The notes under the pieces were generated by a model. It worked only from the letters and a program-made list of their open reading frames with translations, did no database searches and was not told the origin of the DNA. A stretch of DNA of 64,000 nt from Patescibacteria group bacterium (GTDB taxonomy: Bacteria; Patescibacteriota; Microgenomatia; Levybacterales; UBA12049): positions 106,594-170,593 of the forward strand of contig DASYZL010000006.1 of NCBI GenBank assembly GCA_035946335.1, read 5' to 3'. Position 1 is the first letter of the stretch. Every line of letters starts with the position of its first letter. Positions 1 through 10,500 of this stretch are shown here, piece after piece. The translations under genes were made by a program, and so were the position numbers.

Positions 1-1
1 A

Positions 2-181
2 TATGATCAAATAGTTCAAAAGCTTTTCCCCGATATTATCGCAGCAACGAGAGGAGATACCGGCGCAAAACACAAAAAGAGACAAGCAAAACAATTGAGG
101 ATACAGTTTGCGTACGTTACTAATAAGGTAAAATCATTTTCAACAACCATCCTGCTCCAAACACTTGCAAAAGAAGAGTAA
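2..181 (+). CDS. 3' fragment of an upstream ORF that runs off the window start (59 codons, no in-window start, stop TAA at about 179-181)
   Basis: Open frame from position 2 to a stop just before the DUF192 gene; no recognisable motif. Confidence 0.25.
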   Translation, partial: YDQIVQKLFPDIIAATRGDTGAKHKKRQAKQLRIQFAYVTNKVKSFSTTILLQTLAKEE

Positions 182-183
182 CT

Positions 184-621
184 ATGAAGGTCATTTTTCT
201 TTCTATCATTATACTTATAATTACGCTTACCACACTTTTTATAAAAGAGCAGATGCAATCAGCGCCTTCGTATGTTATTATCAATCATTCACAATTCCAT
301 GTGACGCTAGCTGCAACAGAAGCAGAAAGAGAACAGGGATTGTCAAAAAAACCAAAAATGGCAAAGGCTGATGGAATGCTTTTTCTTTTTCCCCATCCCG
401 GGTATTATGCGTTTTGGATGAAAGATATGGTCTTTTCTCTCGATATGGTTTTTATCAGAAATAATATCATTGTGACAATCATTCGTCATATTCCTGTCCC
501 AAAAAATCAAGCGAATTTACCAATATACCATCCTGCAAAACCAGCAGACATGGTACTAGAAATTAATGCAGGTAGCGCAAATAACATGAAAATCGGAGAT
601 ACTGTGACAACACATTTATGA
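184..621 (+). CDS. DUF192 (COG1430) domain protein with an N-terminal membrane anchor
   Basis: 145 aa; N-terminal hydrophobic helix; FWMKDMxFSLDMVF motif typical of DUF192; ATGA overlap with the tsaD start suggests translational coupling. Confidence 0.65.
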   Translation: MKVIFLSIIILIITLTTLFIKEQMQSAPSYVIINHSQFHVTLAATEAEREQGLSKKPKMAKADGMLFLFPHPGYYAFWMKDMVFSLDMVFIRNNIIVTIIRHIPVPKNQANLPIYHPAKPADMVLEINAGSANNMKIGDTVTTHL

Positions 622-1703
622 ACATTCTTGGTATTGAAACATCATGCGATGAGACAGGTGCTGCAATAATTGATGCAAATGAGCATCAACGAAGAATTCT
701 TTCCAATGTACTTGCGACGTCAATGCATACGCATGCAAAAAGCGGTGGCATTATTCCGGAAATTGCAGCGCGGCAGCAAGGTACCTATATGATACCGGTA
801 ATCCATGAGGCATTAACAAAAGCGCATATCTCTTCTTCTCAACTTGATGCAATTGCAGTAACGCATGGACCTGGTTTGATTGGTTCGCTTCTCGTGGGCG
901 TTGAGACAGCGAAAACCCTTTCATATCTATGGAATAAACCGCTCATTCCGGTGAACCACTTGTTTGGACATGTGTATGCAAACTGGATCAGTGATCATAC
1001 CATTGTCTTTCCTGCAGTTGTCCTGATTGTCTCCGGCGGACACACGGATTTACTCCTGATGAAAAGTCACACTGACATTACCTGGCTTGGCGGCACATGT
1101 GATGACGCAGCAGGAGAATGTTTTGATAAATGCGCAAGATTACTTGGATACGACTATCCGGGTGGTCCAAAGATTGCACAATTTGCTAAAAGCGGAGACA
1201 ATGCCGCATTCTCCTTCCCGCGCCCGATGATATATAACCATGATTATGATTTCTCTTTTTCCGGATTAAAAACATCTTTTCTCAATGCAACCAAGCAGCA
1301 TTTTCCCCTTCTTCGAAAAGAACTAACCCATATAAAAGGCGGGTGGCAACAGGTTGCTTTTGGTTCACAACTTTCCACGAGTGCACAAAAACAGATCCTG
1401 TACAATCTCTGTGCATCACTGGAGAAAGCAATCATAGATGTCTTAATTATCAAAACACTCAAAGCTGCAAGAAAATATGATGTAAATTCCATATTACTCT
1501 CGGGCGGTGTTGCTGCAAACCAAGCGCTCCGTGATACGTTTGCAGAAATACTGGAAAAGGAAAAACTATCTGTGCAATTCGTTGTTCCAGAAAAATCCCT
1601 TTGCACGGACAATGCAGCGATGATTGCTGCTGCTGGTTTTTTTACGAAAGAAAAAGCGACCTGGAATGACCTAGAAGCAAATCCACAGTTGTATTTTGCG
1701 TAA
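618..1703 (+). CDS. tsaD: tRNA N6-adenosine threonylcarbamoyltransferase TsaD (Kae1/YgjD family)
   Basis: 361 aa; N-terminus MNILGIETSCDETGAAIID and the HxxGH metal-binding signature of Kae1/TsaD. Confidence 0.9.
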   Translation: MNILGIETSCDETGAAIIDANEHQRRILSNVLATSMHTHAKSGGIIPEIAARQQGTYMIPVIHEALTKAHISSSQLDAIAVTHGPGLIGSLLVGVETAKTLSYLWNKPLIPVNHLFGHVYANWISDHTIVFPAVVLIVSGGHTDLLLMKSHTDITWLGGTCDDAAGECFDKCARLLGYDYPGGPKIAQFAKSGDNAAFSFPRPMIYNHDYDFSFSGLKTSFLNATKQHFPLLRKELTHIKGGWQQVAFGSQLSTSAQKQILYNLCASLEKAIIDVLIIKTLKAARKYDVNSILLSGGVAANQALRDTFAEILEKEKLSVQFVVPEKSLCTDNAAMIAAAGFFTKEKATWNDLEANPQLYFA

Positions 1704-1727
1704 AATCTGTTATATAGTATTGTACAA

Positions 1728-3124
1728 ATGTCACGCAAAACAAAAAAAACATATATTATTTCTACCAATCCTGCAAAAAATTACGAAGTTATTGGCAAAG
1801 TCGCTGTCTCAACAAATGAAGAAATCAGAAAAGCAGTAGAAAATGCCCATAGCGTAAAACGGACATGGAAAGAAATGGGCATTGCGAAACGGATTACATT
1901 GCTTCGCAACATCTATGAGGAAATTTTCAAAAGGCGTGAGGAATTAGTCAAGCTCATTGTTGCAGAGACAGGAAAAACAGTACCGTTCGCTTTCGCAGAA
2001 ATTGATCGACATTCACAAGATGTGAAATGGTTTTTGGATCACGGAGAAAAAATTCTCAGTGACGTCGTGACATACGAAGACGCAAAGAGTATACACCGGA
2101 TCGTCCATGAACCACGTGGCGTAACGGCAGTTATTACGCCATGGAATCATCCATACGGAATGTTCGCATGGGGAGTCATGCCAAATCTTATTGCCGGAAA
2201 TACTGTTCTCTATAAAATCTCAAAAGAATCTATTTTAGTTGGCAAATTACTCGAAGAGATTGTGAATTCAGGGAACTTACCACAAGGAGTATTTGCCGAG
2301 ATATATGGTGACGCAGCAGCAGGAGAAACACTTACTGACCAAACGATTGATTATCTCTGGTTTACCGGTAGTACTGCGGTTGGAAAAAAGCTGTATCAGA
2401 AAGCAGCAAAGAAATTTATTGGTGCTGTTATGGAGTTGGGTGGATCGAATCCGGCAATTATGTTTGATGATGTGTCAGTAGATGACTTTATCGAGAAAAT
2501 TTACACAAAACGGTTTTCAACAACATGTGGACAATCGTGTGACTCACTCAAGAGGCTTTTGGTGCAGGAACCGATTTTCGATGAGGTCGTTGAAAAACTT
2601 AAGAAACGGTTTGAGAAAATAGTTATCGGTGATCCGATTGATCCAAAAACAAACATTGCAAGTCTTGTTGCAAAAAAACAGGTAGATCTTCTCGAAGAAC
2701 AGGTCAAAGATGCTGTCAAGAAAGGCGCAAAGATTGTCATTGGCGGCAAACGGCCAAAAAATTTCAAAGGCGCATATTACCTACCAACGCTATTAACTAA
2801 TATTAAAAATCCATGCGGGTGTGGAAAGAGGAAACTTTTGGTCCGGTACTTATCGTTGTTCCATTCACGAGTGAAGATGAAGCAGTCGATTTGGCAAATG
2901 AAACAACATATGGACTCGGGTCAATTGTGTTTTCAAAAGATAAGAATAGGGCACGCCGTGTCGCATTCCGGCTTGAATCAGGAACAGTTGAGATAAATAA
3001 CGCGCTTCACTGGTTACCATGCAACCCGTTTGGCGGTTACAAAGAATCCGGTATGGGAAGAGAACATGGCGAAGTCGGACTAAAAGAACTCTGCCAGATC
3101 AAACTTATCTCAGAAGAAAAATAA
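1728..3124 (+). pseudogene. NAD(P)-dependent aldehyde dehydrogenase, disrupted by a 1-nt frameshift at an A-run near 2805-2812
   Basis: ORF 1728-2996 encodes the ALDH N-terminus and catalytic region. ORF 2813-3124 in a different frame encodes the conserved C-terminal part (MRVWKEETFGPV...ESGMGRE). The two frames (1728 mod 3 = 0, 2813 mod 3 = 2) join at aat-att-aaaaa-t-cc-atg. Confidence 0.75.
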
Positions 3125-3127
3125 ATA

Positions 3128-3268
3128 CTATCGTCTCTTGCTTGTCTTTCGCGCTGTCTTCTTTTTTACTACACGTTTCTTTGTTGATTTTTTTGCTTTT
3201 GCGTGCTTATGTAACCCTAAACTTTGCAATAAACCACATAGACTTCCCATTGAGCAGTTTTTCATCAT
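3128..3268 (-). CDS. Candidate small basic protein (46 aa, MMKNCSMGSLCGLLQSLGLHKHAKAKKSTKKRVVKKKTARKTSKRR) with a canonical SD
   Basis: Minus-strand ORF in the ALDH-GS intergenic region. It is preceded by ACATAAGGAGGTGATT-ATG (SD with 5-nt spacing) and a TTTACA-18-TATACT promoter-like element. Not in the ORF track because it is under 60 aa. Confidence 0.35.
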   Translation of the reverse strand: MMKNCSMGSLCGLLQSLGLHKHAKAKKSTKKRVVKKKTARKTSKRR

Positions 3269-3287
3269 AATCACCTCCTTATGTTTT

Positions 3288-3317
3288 AGTATATGCAGAA
3301 AAAATTTTATTTGTAAA
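3288..3317 (-). promoter_or_regulatory. Sigma70-like promoter (TTTACA-18-TATACT) for the 46-aa small ORF
   Basis: Read on the minus strand: -35 TTTACA, 18-nt spacer, -10 TATACT, about 13 nt upstream of the SD. Confidence 0.35.
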
Positions 3318-3340
3318 TGAGGGATTTTTTTTAGATCCCC

Positions 3341-3369
3341 TTGACTTCTTTTAAGAAACTCTTTATAAA
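3341..3369 (+). promoter_or_regulatory. Sigma70-like promoter TTGACT-17-TATAAA upstream of the glutamine synthetase gene
   Basis: -35 TTGACT at about 3341-3346, 17-nt spacer, -10 TATAAA at about 3364-3369; the ATG is at 3400. Confidence 0.4.
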
Positions 3370-3399
3370 TACTATAATTTCAATCCTGTCTCAAACGAC

Positions 3400-4854
3400 A
3401 TGCCAAGAAAATTGCAAGCAAACATTTCGGTAGAACACAACACTTCCCTTAAAAACTTCCTCTCCCTCTCCTACGAAAACCTTGAAGAACTAAATCTCGC
3501 TGCAAAAGCAAACAGAGAAAAACTTTCTGTAATACAACAGGAAAGAGAATACCGTGCATACCTGGAAGACGAAAAACGCATTAAAGCAGTAACAGTTTGC
3601 TTCACCAGTCTTGAAGGAAGATTGTTTATGTTGGACTATGATAAGAAATTTTTGTTGCAGGCTTCTGAAAATTTGACATTTGACGGTTCGTCGGTCAGAG
3701 GATTTACCAGACAAGCAGAGTCAGACTTACGTCTGTCGCTTGATTGGACAAGTTTTTATTGGCTTCCTTCAGATATTTTCGGAGAGGGAAAAGTGATGCT
3801 TTTTGCCAATGTCATGGATCGTGATAAATTGCAGTATCAAATGGACTTACGCGGACAACTGCAACTGTACTTAGAGAGATTAAAAAAAACACAAAACATT
3901 ATTGCATATGCTGCACCGGAACTCGAAGGTCATCTTGTAGCAGGACAGAATGCGGAACAGCGCTATCAGGAAGATACTGGTCTACAACTGGTCACAACCG
4001 GTGGATACTTTTCTTCCCTTCCCCTTGATTTACTTAGACAATTTATTGATAAAGCAGCGGAAGCACAACGGGCAATGGGATTTCACAATGAAAAAGATCA
4101 TCCTGAAGTTGCACCTAGTGAATTTGAATTGAATTTTTCATACGGTCCTGCTTTGCATATTTGCGACCAGATACAACTGTATAAACTTATCTGTCGCCAA
4201 GTTGCGCATAGTATGGGAATGACCGCAACATTTTTACCAAAACCAATCGCAGGCATTAACGGAAATGGCATGCACACAAATATGTCTCTCGGTAAAGCAG
4301 GAAAAAATATATTCTATGACGCAAAAGGTATTAACGGGCTTTCACAAACCGCGTGGAATTTTATCAACAGGATCCTTAACCATGCTGATGAATTGTGTCT
4401 TACTATTAATTCCAGTGTCAATTCCTACCGCCGGCTTGACCCACACTTTGAAGCACCAAATGAAATAAAGGTAACACCAAATGACCGTGGCTCAATGATA
4501 CGTATTCCAACAGGAAATGAAAAATCAGCGCGGATTGAAGTCCGATCTGTTTCGCCGGACAGCAATCCGTATCTTGCGTTATATACGCTGATCAGAACCG
4601 GCTTTGAAGGAACAAATGAAAAAGCAAAAAAAGAAACAAAAACGTTACCTGGAAATGTCTATGAAGCACTTGGTTTGTTTGAAAGTAGTACGTTTATGGA
4701 AAAAATATTGGGGAAAGAGGTAAAAGAGAAATATGCTTCATTGAAACGGGAAGTTGCAGGGAGAAGCCCACGAGAACTTGGTGCAATTGTCAAAACATCT
4801 GAAGTCATTTATCACCATGAAGTACTCAACCAGGTGCTGTGGAATAAATTTTAA
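3400..4854 (+). CDS. glnA: Glutamine synthetase family protein (catalytic domain clearly present, divergent N-terminal domain)
   Basis: 484 aa; GNGMHTNMSL, NSYRRL and PDSNPYLA motifs of the GS catalytic domain. Confidence 0.8.
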   Translation: MPRKLQANISVEHNTSLKNFLSLSYENLEELNLAAKANREKLSVIQQEREYRAYLEDEKRIKAVTVCFTSLEGRLFMLDYDKKFLLQASENLTFDGSSVRGFTRQAESDLRLSLDWTSFYWLPSDIFGEGKVMLFANVMDRDKLQYQMDLRGQLQLYLERLKKTQNIIAYAAPELEGHLVAGQNAEQRYQEDTGLQLVTTGGYFSSLPLDLLRQFIDKAAEAQRAMGFHNEKDHPEVAPSEFELNFSYGPALHICDQIQLYKLICRQVAHSMGMTATFLPKPIAGINGNGMHTNMSLGKAGKNIFYDAKGINGLSQTAWNFINRILNHADELCLTINSSVNSYRRLDPHFEAPNEIKVTPNDRGSMIRIPTGNEKSARIEVRSVSPDSNPYLALYTLIRTGFEGTNEKAKKETKTLPGNVYEALGLFESSTFMEKILGKEVKEKYASLKREVAGRSPRELGAIVKTSEVIYHHEVLNQVLWNKF

Positions 4855-4903
4855 AACGAAGCTTTGTATTTCTTTCTTCCGGAACCTTGATATTTTCTAT
4901 TCA

Positions 4904-4912
4904 TGATACAAT
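4904..4912 (+). promoter_or_regulatory. Extended -10 element TGATACAAT 6 nt upstream of the rmuC ATG (leaderless-type promoter)
   Basis: TGnTACAAT followed by catctc and then ATG at 4919. Confidence 0.4.
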
Positions 4913-4918
4913 CATCTC

Positions 4919-5944
4919 ATGACTCTTAACCTTCTTCTGCTCACAAGCATTTTATTCATTGGTTTCATTATTGTTCTTTATCTTCTTTTGAAAAAATCCC
5001 AGCAAAAACAATCCGTTGACCCAATGCTTCTGGAATGGATGAAATCAATGCAAACCTCAGTAGACACGACACAAAAGATTCTTCATGAAACATTGCATAG
5101 TAATTCGCAACACCTTACCCAAACACTTCAGGAAAATACCAAACAGCTTAATGAACGCATGGATAAAGCAGCACAGGCATTAAGCGCTGTCAATAAAGAA
5201 GTTGGGAAGATGAGTGAAATCGGGAGAAATATGCAGGAATTGCAGGATTTTTTGAAAAGCCCTAAACTTCGCGGCAACATTGGAGAACAAGTATTGCAGG
5301 ATTTGATTAGACAAATCTTCCCCAAAAATTCCTTCCATATACAATATGCGTTCCAGTCAGGGGAAAAAGTTGATGCAGCAATACAAACAGATGCAGGCAT
5401 ATTGCCAATTGACGCAAAATTCCCTGCTGAGAATTTTCAGAAAATGGTAAAAGCAGAAAATGAAGAAGAGCGCCAGCTTTTTAGAAAAGAATTTGTCAGA
5501 GATGTAAAAAAACACATTGAGTCAATTTCCAAAAAGTATATTGTCCCCTCAGAGGGAACAATGGATTTTGCACTCATGTATGTTCCTAGCGAAACGGTGT
5601 TTTATGAGATTGTTTGCATAGATGATATGCTGGAATTTGCCCGAACCCATCGCGTCTATCTTGTCTCACCAAGCACATTGTATGCGCATTTGCAAACTAT
5701 TTTATTGTCATTTGAGGGAAAGAAAATAGAAACAAAAAGCAAGGAATTGTTTGCTATTTTTCGCTCCCTCAAAATTGATTATGAAAAGATTGATGACTCA
5801 TTGCAGACTTTGGGAAAACATATCACAAATGCTTCTAATCAATACAATAATGTCTTATACGGGTTTGACAAAATGGGGAAAAAACTATCTTCTTCCCAAC
5901 AAATTACCTACGAAGAAAAACAGCTTCTTGAAGAAACTGTATGA
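4919..5944 (+). CDS. rmuC: DNA recombination protein RmuC
   Basis: 341 aa; N-terminal TM helix, coiled-coil region and the RmuC core (LRGNIGEQVL, VDAAIQTDAGILPIDAKFP, MYVPSETVFYEI). Confidence 0.85.
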   Translation: MTLNLLLLTSILFIGFIIVLYLLLKKSQQKQSVDPMLLEWMKSMQTSVDTTQKILHETLHSNSQHLTQTLQENTKQLNERMDKAAQALSAVNKEVGKMSEIGRNMQELQDFLKSPKLRGNIGEQVLQDLIRQIFPKNSFHIQYAFQSGEKVDAAIQTDAGILPIDAKFPAENFQKMVKAENEEERQLFRKEFVRDVKKHIESISKKYIVPSEGTMDFALMYVPSETVFYEIVCIDDMLEFARTHRVYLVSPSTLYAHLQTILLSFEGKKIETKSKELFAIFRSLKIDYEKIDDSLQTLGKHITNASNQYNNVLYGFDKMGKKLSSSQQITYEEKQLLEETV

Positions 5945-7485
5945 TGCGAAAACACTTCTTCACATTTTTCCTTTTATGTATTCTTGCACTCGGACTCTTT
6001 TTGCGGACATACCGCTTAGATAGTGTTCCCTTCGGATTCTTTTGCGACGAGGCAGCAATTGGTTACAACGCATATACTATTCTGACAAAGGGAACTGATC
6101 AGTATAACATTTCTTTCCCTGTTTTCTTCCGCTCATTTGGCGACTACAAAAGCCCTGTGGAAATTTACAGTACTGTCCCGAGCATTTTATTATTCGGACT
6201 GAATGAATTCTCGGTTCGTGTTGTTTCTGCCTTGTATGGTGTTCTTGCGATTTTTGGATTATATCTCCTAACAAAAATCTTGCTGCAGGATAGACAACAA
6301 AATGAAATTCCATCTTTTTTTGCTTCTCTCTTGCTTGCTATTAGTCCCTGGTTTGTTCATTTAAGCCGGATAACCATGGAAGGCTTTGCACCATATGTCT
6401 GTTTTACGGTTTTCGGAACATATTGCTACATACGCTCACGAGGTAAGTCATGGCTACTTGTTGCTGCAGCTGTTTGCTTTGCACTAGCTATGTACAGTTA
6501 TTTCCCTTCTCGCATTTTTATTCCTCTTTTTGTTATTGCACTATTATGTATTTATCGGTATGTTCCTAATAAACCTTCTCTTTGGCTCGCAATAATAGGA
6601 ATTATCATTATTGCCGCATACCCTTTTGTCCAAACGTTTCTCGACGGATCACTTTTTGCAAGGTGGGATGCAGTCAACATATTTAATCAGCAGCAAAAAA
6701 ATGAATCAGTTCTGCAACACATTGCAATAAACTACATTCGCCATTTCAGCTCTGATTTTTTATTTTTGAAAGGAGATATTGATATGCCCGGGCAGTTTAT
6801 TACACGCCAATCGGTAAGAGGAATCGGGGAATTGTATTGGTTTCAATTACCATTACTTCTCATTGGCTCCTGGTATTTGATTCGTAAACGTACAAAAACA
6901 TCATTGCTTTTACTTGCCTGGTTTCTTTTGTATCCAACAGGTAGTATTTTTACCACAAGCGAAAGCCCTTATGCAACACGATCTGTTATCGGCGTTATTC
7001 CTTTTTCAATTCTCTCCGCAATTGGAGGATGGTATTTTTTTACGTTAATAAAAAAATATAATAATAGCAGACTCTCTATTGCGAATCTTGTCATCTTCTC
7101 TTTTGTCTTTATCGCGTCTTTCCTGCAGTTTTTCTATCTGTATTTTTCTGTGTATCCTCTCTATTCTTCTGATTATTGGGGTTGGCAGTATGGAGCAAAA
7201 CCGATTGTCCAGTATTTCGCAAAACATGAACAGCAGTATGATACTTTATACATGGAAGGCGTATTTAATGGACCTGATATTTTTATTCCCTTTTATGCAC
7301 CGGGAAATTGTAGAAATTGCTCTATAGGAACTCCCGACCAGTATTATAATCCCCGGCAAAAACAACTGTTTGCCATTTCTCAAAACTATTTTCAGAATAA
7401 TAGACTATCGAATTTTAAAATCCAAAAAACTATTTATTATCCTGACGGACAAACCGCATTTTTGATTGGAACTATCAGCAGGTAA
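5941..7485 (+). CDS. Polytopic membrane glycosyltransferase, GT39/GT83 (PMT/ArnT-like) family
   Basis: 514 aa with many TM segments. The N-terminal FFCDEAAIGYNAY...FPVFFRSFGDYKSP loop with a DE motif is typical of PMT/ArnT-type 4-amino-4-deoxy-L-arabinose/mannosyl transferases. ATGA overlap with the rmuC stop. Confidence 0.65.
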   Translation: MMRKHFFTFFLLCILALGLFLRTYRLDSVPFGFFCDEAAIGYNAYTILTKGTDQYNISFPVFFRSFGDYKSPVEIYSTVPSILLFGLNEFSVRVVSALYGVLAIFGLYLLTKILLQDRQQNEIPSFFASLLLAISPWFVHLSRITMEGFAPYVCFTVFGTYCYIRSRGKSWLLVAAAVCFALAMYSYFPSRIFIPLFVIALLCIYRYVPNKPSLWLAIIGIIIIAAYPFVQTFLDGSLFARWDAVNIFNQQQKNESVLQHIAINYIRHFSSDFLFLKGDIDMPGQFITRQSVRGIGELYWFQLPLLLIGSWYLIRKRTKTSLLLLAWFLLYPTGSIFTTSESPYATRSVIGVIPFSILSAIGGWYFFTLIKKYNNSRLSIANLVIFSFVFIASFLQFFYLYFSVYPLYSSDYWGWQYGAKPIVQYFAKHEQQYDTLYMEGVFNGPDIFIPFYAPGNCRNCSIGTPDQYYNPRQKQLFAISQNYFQNNRLSNFKIQKTIYYPDGQTAFLIGTISR

Positions 7486-7498
7486 AAACTTTTCTCCT

Positions 7499-7507
7499 TG
7501 TGCTACA
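7499..7507 (+). promoter_or_regulatory. Extended -10 TGCTACAAT, 13 nt upstream of the helicase-nuclease ATG
   Basis: TGnTACAAT at about 7499-7507; ATG at 7521; no SD. Confidence 0.35.
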
Positions 7508-7520
7508 ATCAGGACACTTC

Positions 7521-10500
7521 ATGAACACAGAAGTATTTGATAAACAATATAAAACACTCAACCCTTTACAAAAACAAGCAGTTGATACGATTGAGGGACC
7601 GGTTATGGTTATTGCCGGACCGGGAACAGGGAAAACACAAATCCTTACCCTCCGCATTGCAAATATTCTTCTTAAGTCACAAGTAAATCCCCAGAATATC
7701 CTTGCCCTTACCTTTACTGAATCAGCAGTTGCCGCAATGCGAAAACGGCTCGTGGCATTTATCGGAACTCCTGCATACCGGGTTGAAATCAATACTTTTC
7801 ACGGGTTTTGCAATGATATTATCAAACGCTTCCCGGATAATTTTCAGTCTCTTATTGCAGCAGACAGTATTACGGAAATTGAACAGATACAAATCATCGA
7901 AGAAATTATTACCAATAATGACTTTACCATACTCAAACCCATTGGCGATACGTTGTACTATATCAGATCACTGCTGTCTGCAATCAACGAGTTAAAAAAA
8001 GAAAGTGTTACGCCACAGAATTTTTTACAAGGTCTAGGGGAAATGGAAAAAGATATACAGCAACAGGATGATTTATACCATACAAAAGGTCCCCACAAAG
8101 GAAAAATGAAAGGCATGTATGGAGCACAGTTGAAAAATATTGCAAAAAATAAAGAAGTTGCAAAAGCATATGAATTATATGAAAAAATGCTTACAGAAAA
8201 AAAAGCCTATGACTTCAATGATATGTTACTGGTTGTCAATAAAACATTACAACATACTCCCGATGTTTTATTGCAACTGCAAGAGCAGTATCAGTATATT
8301 CTGGTTGATGAACATCAGGACACCAACGCATCACAAAATATTCTCTTGGAACTTTTGACAAGTTTTCATCCGAGTCCAAATCTCTTTGTTGTCGGAGATG
8401 AAAAACAGGCTATTTATCGTTTCCAAGGAGCGTCCCTGGAAAACTTTTTGTATTTTCAAAAAAAATATCCTGCTGCAAGCCTCATTACATTAACAGAAAA
8501 TTACCGCTCCACCCAAACTATTCTTGACACAGCAATTGGCATGATGGGAAAAAGCAACGTCCTTCCTGGTATTCTGGGACGGGGCGTACAACTCACATCT
8601 CAGAAAACATTTAAAGAGAAAAAAATTTCGGTCGCACAACTTTCAACGTATGAAAGTGAATTTGCCTGGGTTGTAACTGATATGCAAAAGAACATTGCAA
8701 ATGGCATTTCACCAAGTACTATCGCTGTCCTGGTAAGAAAGAATAAAGATATTGTACCGTTAGTGAATTTTTTTGACCTGTTGCGTATTCCTTATGTCAT
8801 TGAGTCAGACCAGGATATTCTCACTGATTTTGCAATACAACAATTGATTACTATACTTCGCGCTACAGAAAACATCGGTTCTGATGAAGAGCTTATTCTC
8901 GCTTTTCATTGCAACTTTTTTCACATTGATGCAATGGATATATACCGCCTGCTGGTATATTCTCAGGAAAATAAAACATCGATTTGGGAGTTGTTAACAG
9001 TGAGTAAGAAAACGGATATACAACTCATAAGTAGAAAAAACATACAACGCACCATACAGCTGTTGCAAAAATGGCATACCGATACTAGTAATATGCCTTT
9101 TGATCAGTTTATGAAAATCATTCTGCAGGAAAGCAGCTTACTCGTAACGCTTCTTCAAGAAAATAACGGATTAATACACCTGGAAAATATCAAACGGCTG
9201 TTTCAGGAAGTGTATGTCCGGCAGGAAAGAAATCCACTTTTCAGTCTTTCAGATTTTCTCCGTTACATTGATACGTTACAAGAACATCACATACGAATCC
9301 AACATACACCAACAATTCAAAAAAATGGCGTACACATTCTCACGGCGCATAAAGCTAAAGGCTTAGAGTTTGATTACGTTTATATTTTGCAGCTTTTTGA
9401 AGGTCATTGGGGCAATGCACGAAAAGGAATCGGAAGTATTGTTATTCCATGGAGTTATTTAAAACGCACGTTGGAATTACCAACAAAAGAAGATATCTAT
9501 GAAGACGAAAGAAGATTATTTTTCGTTGCGTTAACACGGGCAAAAAAACATATTACGATTTCCTACGCTACCCATAGTATCGACGGCAAAGAGCAAATCC
9601 CTTCACTATTTTTATCTGAAATTGATCAGCAATTCGTTGATTATCTCCAAACAGATGATTTTGAACAACAGTTTGTATTAAACCCGTCTTTCTCTCTCAT
9701 GCCAACTGCAACCATCACAACTAAACAAAAGGAGCAAGCATATGAAAAACACAAGCAATTTTTCTGGGATCTTTTTATGAAACGCGGGCTATCTCCAACA
9801 GGACTTGATAATTACCTGGAGTGTCCACGGAAGTATTTTTTTGTGAATTTACTGAATATTCCTGATGTGCCAACAGAGAAAGAATTATTCGGGCGCGTTA
9901 TCCACCATGCATTGGGAAGTTTTTTTCGAAAAACCTTACCTGACCGCACAAAAGAATATCTCCTCCAACGGTTCAGTATGAACGTAAAAGAACTTCCTGT
10001 ACCCCCCCTGATGAAAAGGAGATTGCAAACAGAAGGGGAAAAAATTCTCACGGGATTCTATGAAAATACCATTGTCCATATCAATACGAACGTCATGAGC
10101 GAGTTACTGGTAAGAGGAGTTACATTCGATAACGATATTATACTGAAAGGTCGGGTTGATTTATTGGAGAAACATGAAGCAGATAATACTTATATCATCC
10201 ATGATTTTAAGGTAAGTAAACCAATCAGCAGGAACGCAATGGAAGGACTCGCAGGAGATAAAAATTATAAACGACAGTTACTGTTTTATAAACTCATGCT
10301 TGAAAAAATGGGAAAATACCAAGTAACAAACGGTATTATTGACTTTGTCGAACCAGATGAAAAAGGGCGCTATAAGAGTGAATTATTCTCATTGGAAGAA
10401 AAAGATATTGAAGCATTAAAAACGCTCCTCAGAAAAATTGCCAATGAAATAAGAAATCTTTCTTTCCTAGAAAAAGGGTGTGAAAAAACTGACTGTCGCT

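Noticed and set aside
3019-3320. Track ORFs 3019-3270 and 3138-3320 on the plus strand in the ALDH-GS intergenic region
   Set aside because: Phe/Leu-rich translations of a T-rich spacer, with alternative starts and no SD. The minus-strand 46-aa ORF with SD and promoter is the more credible coding feature here.
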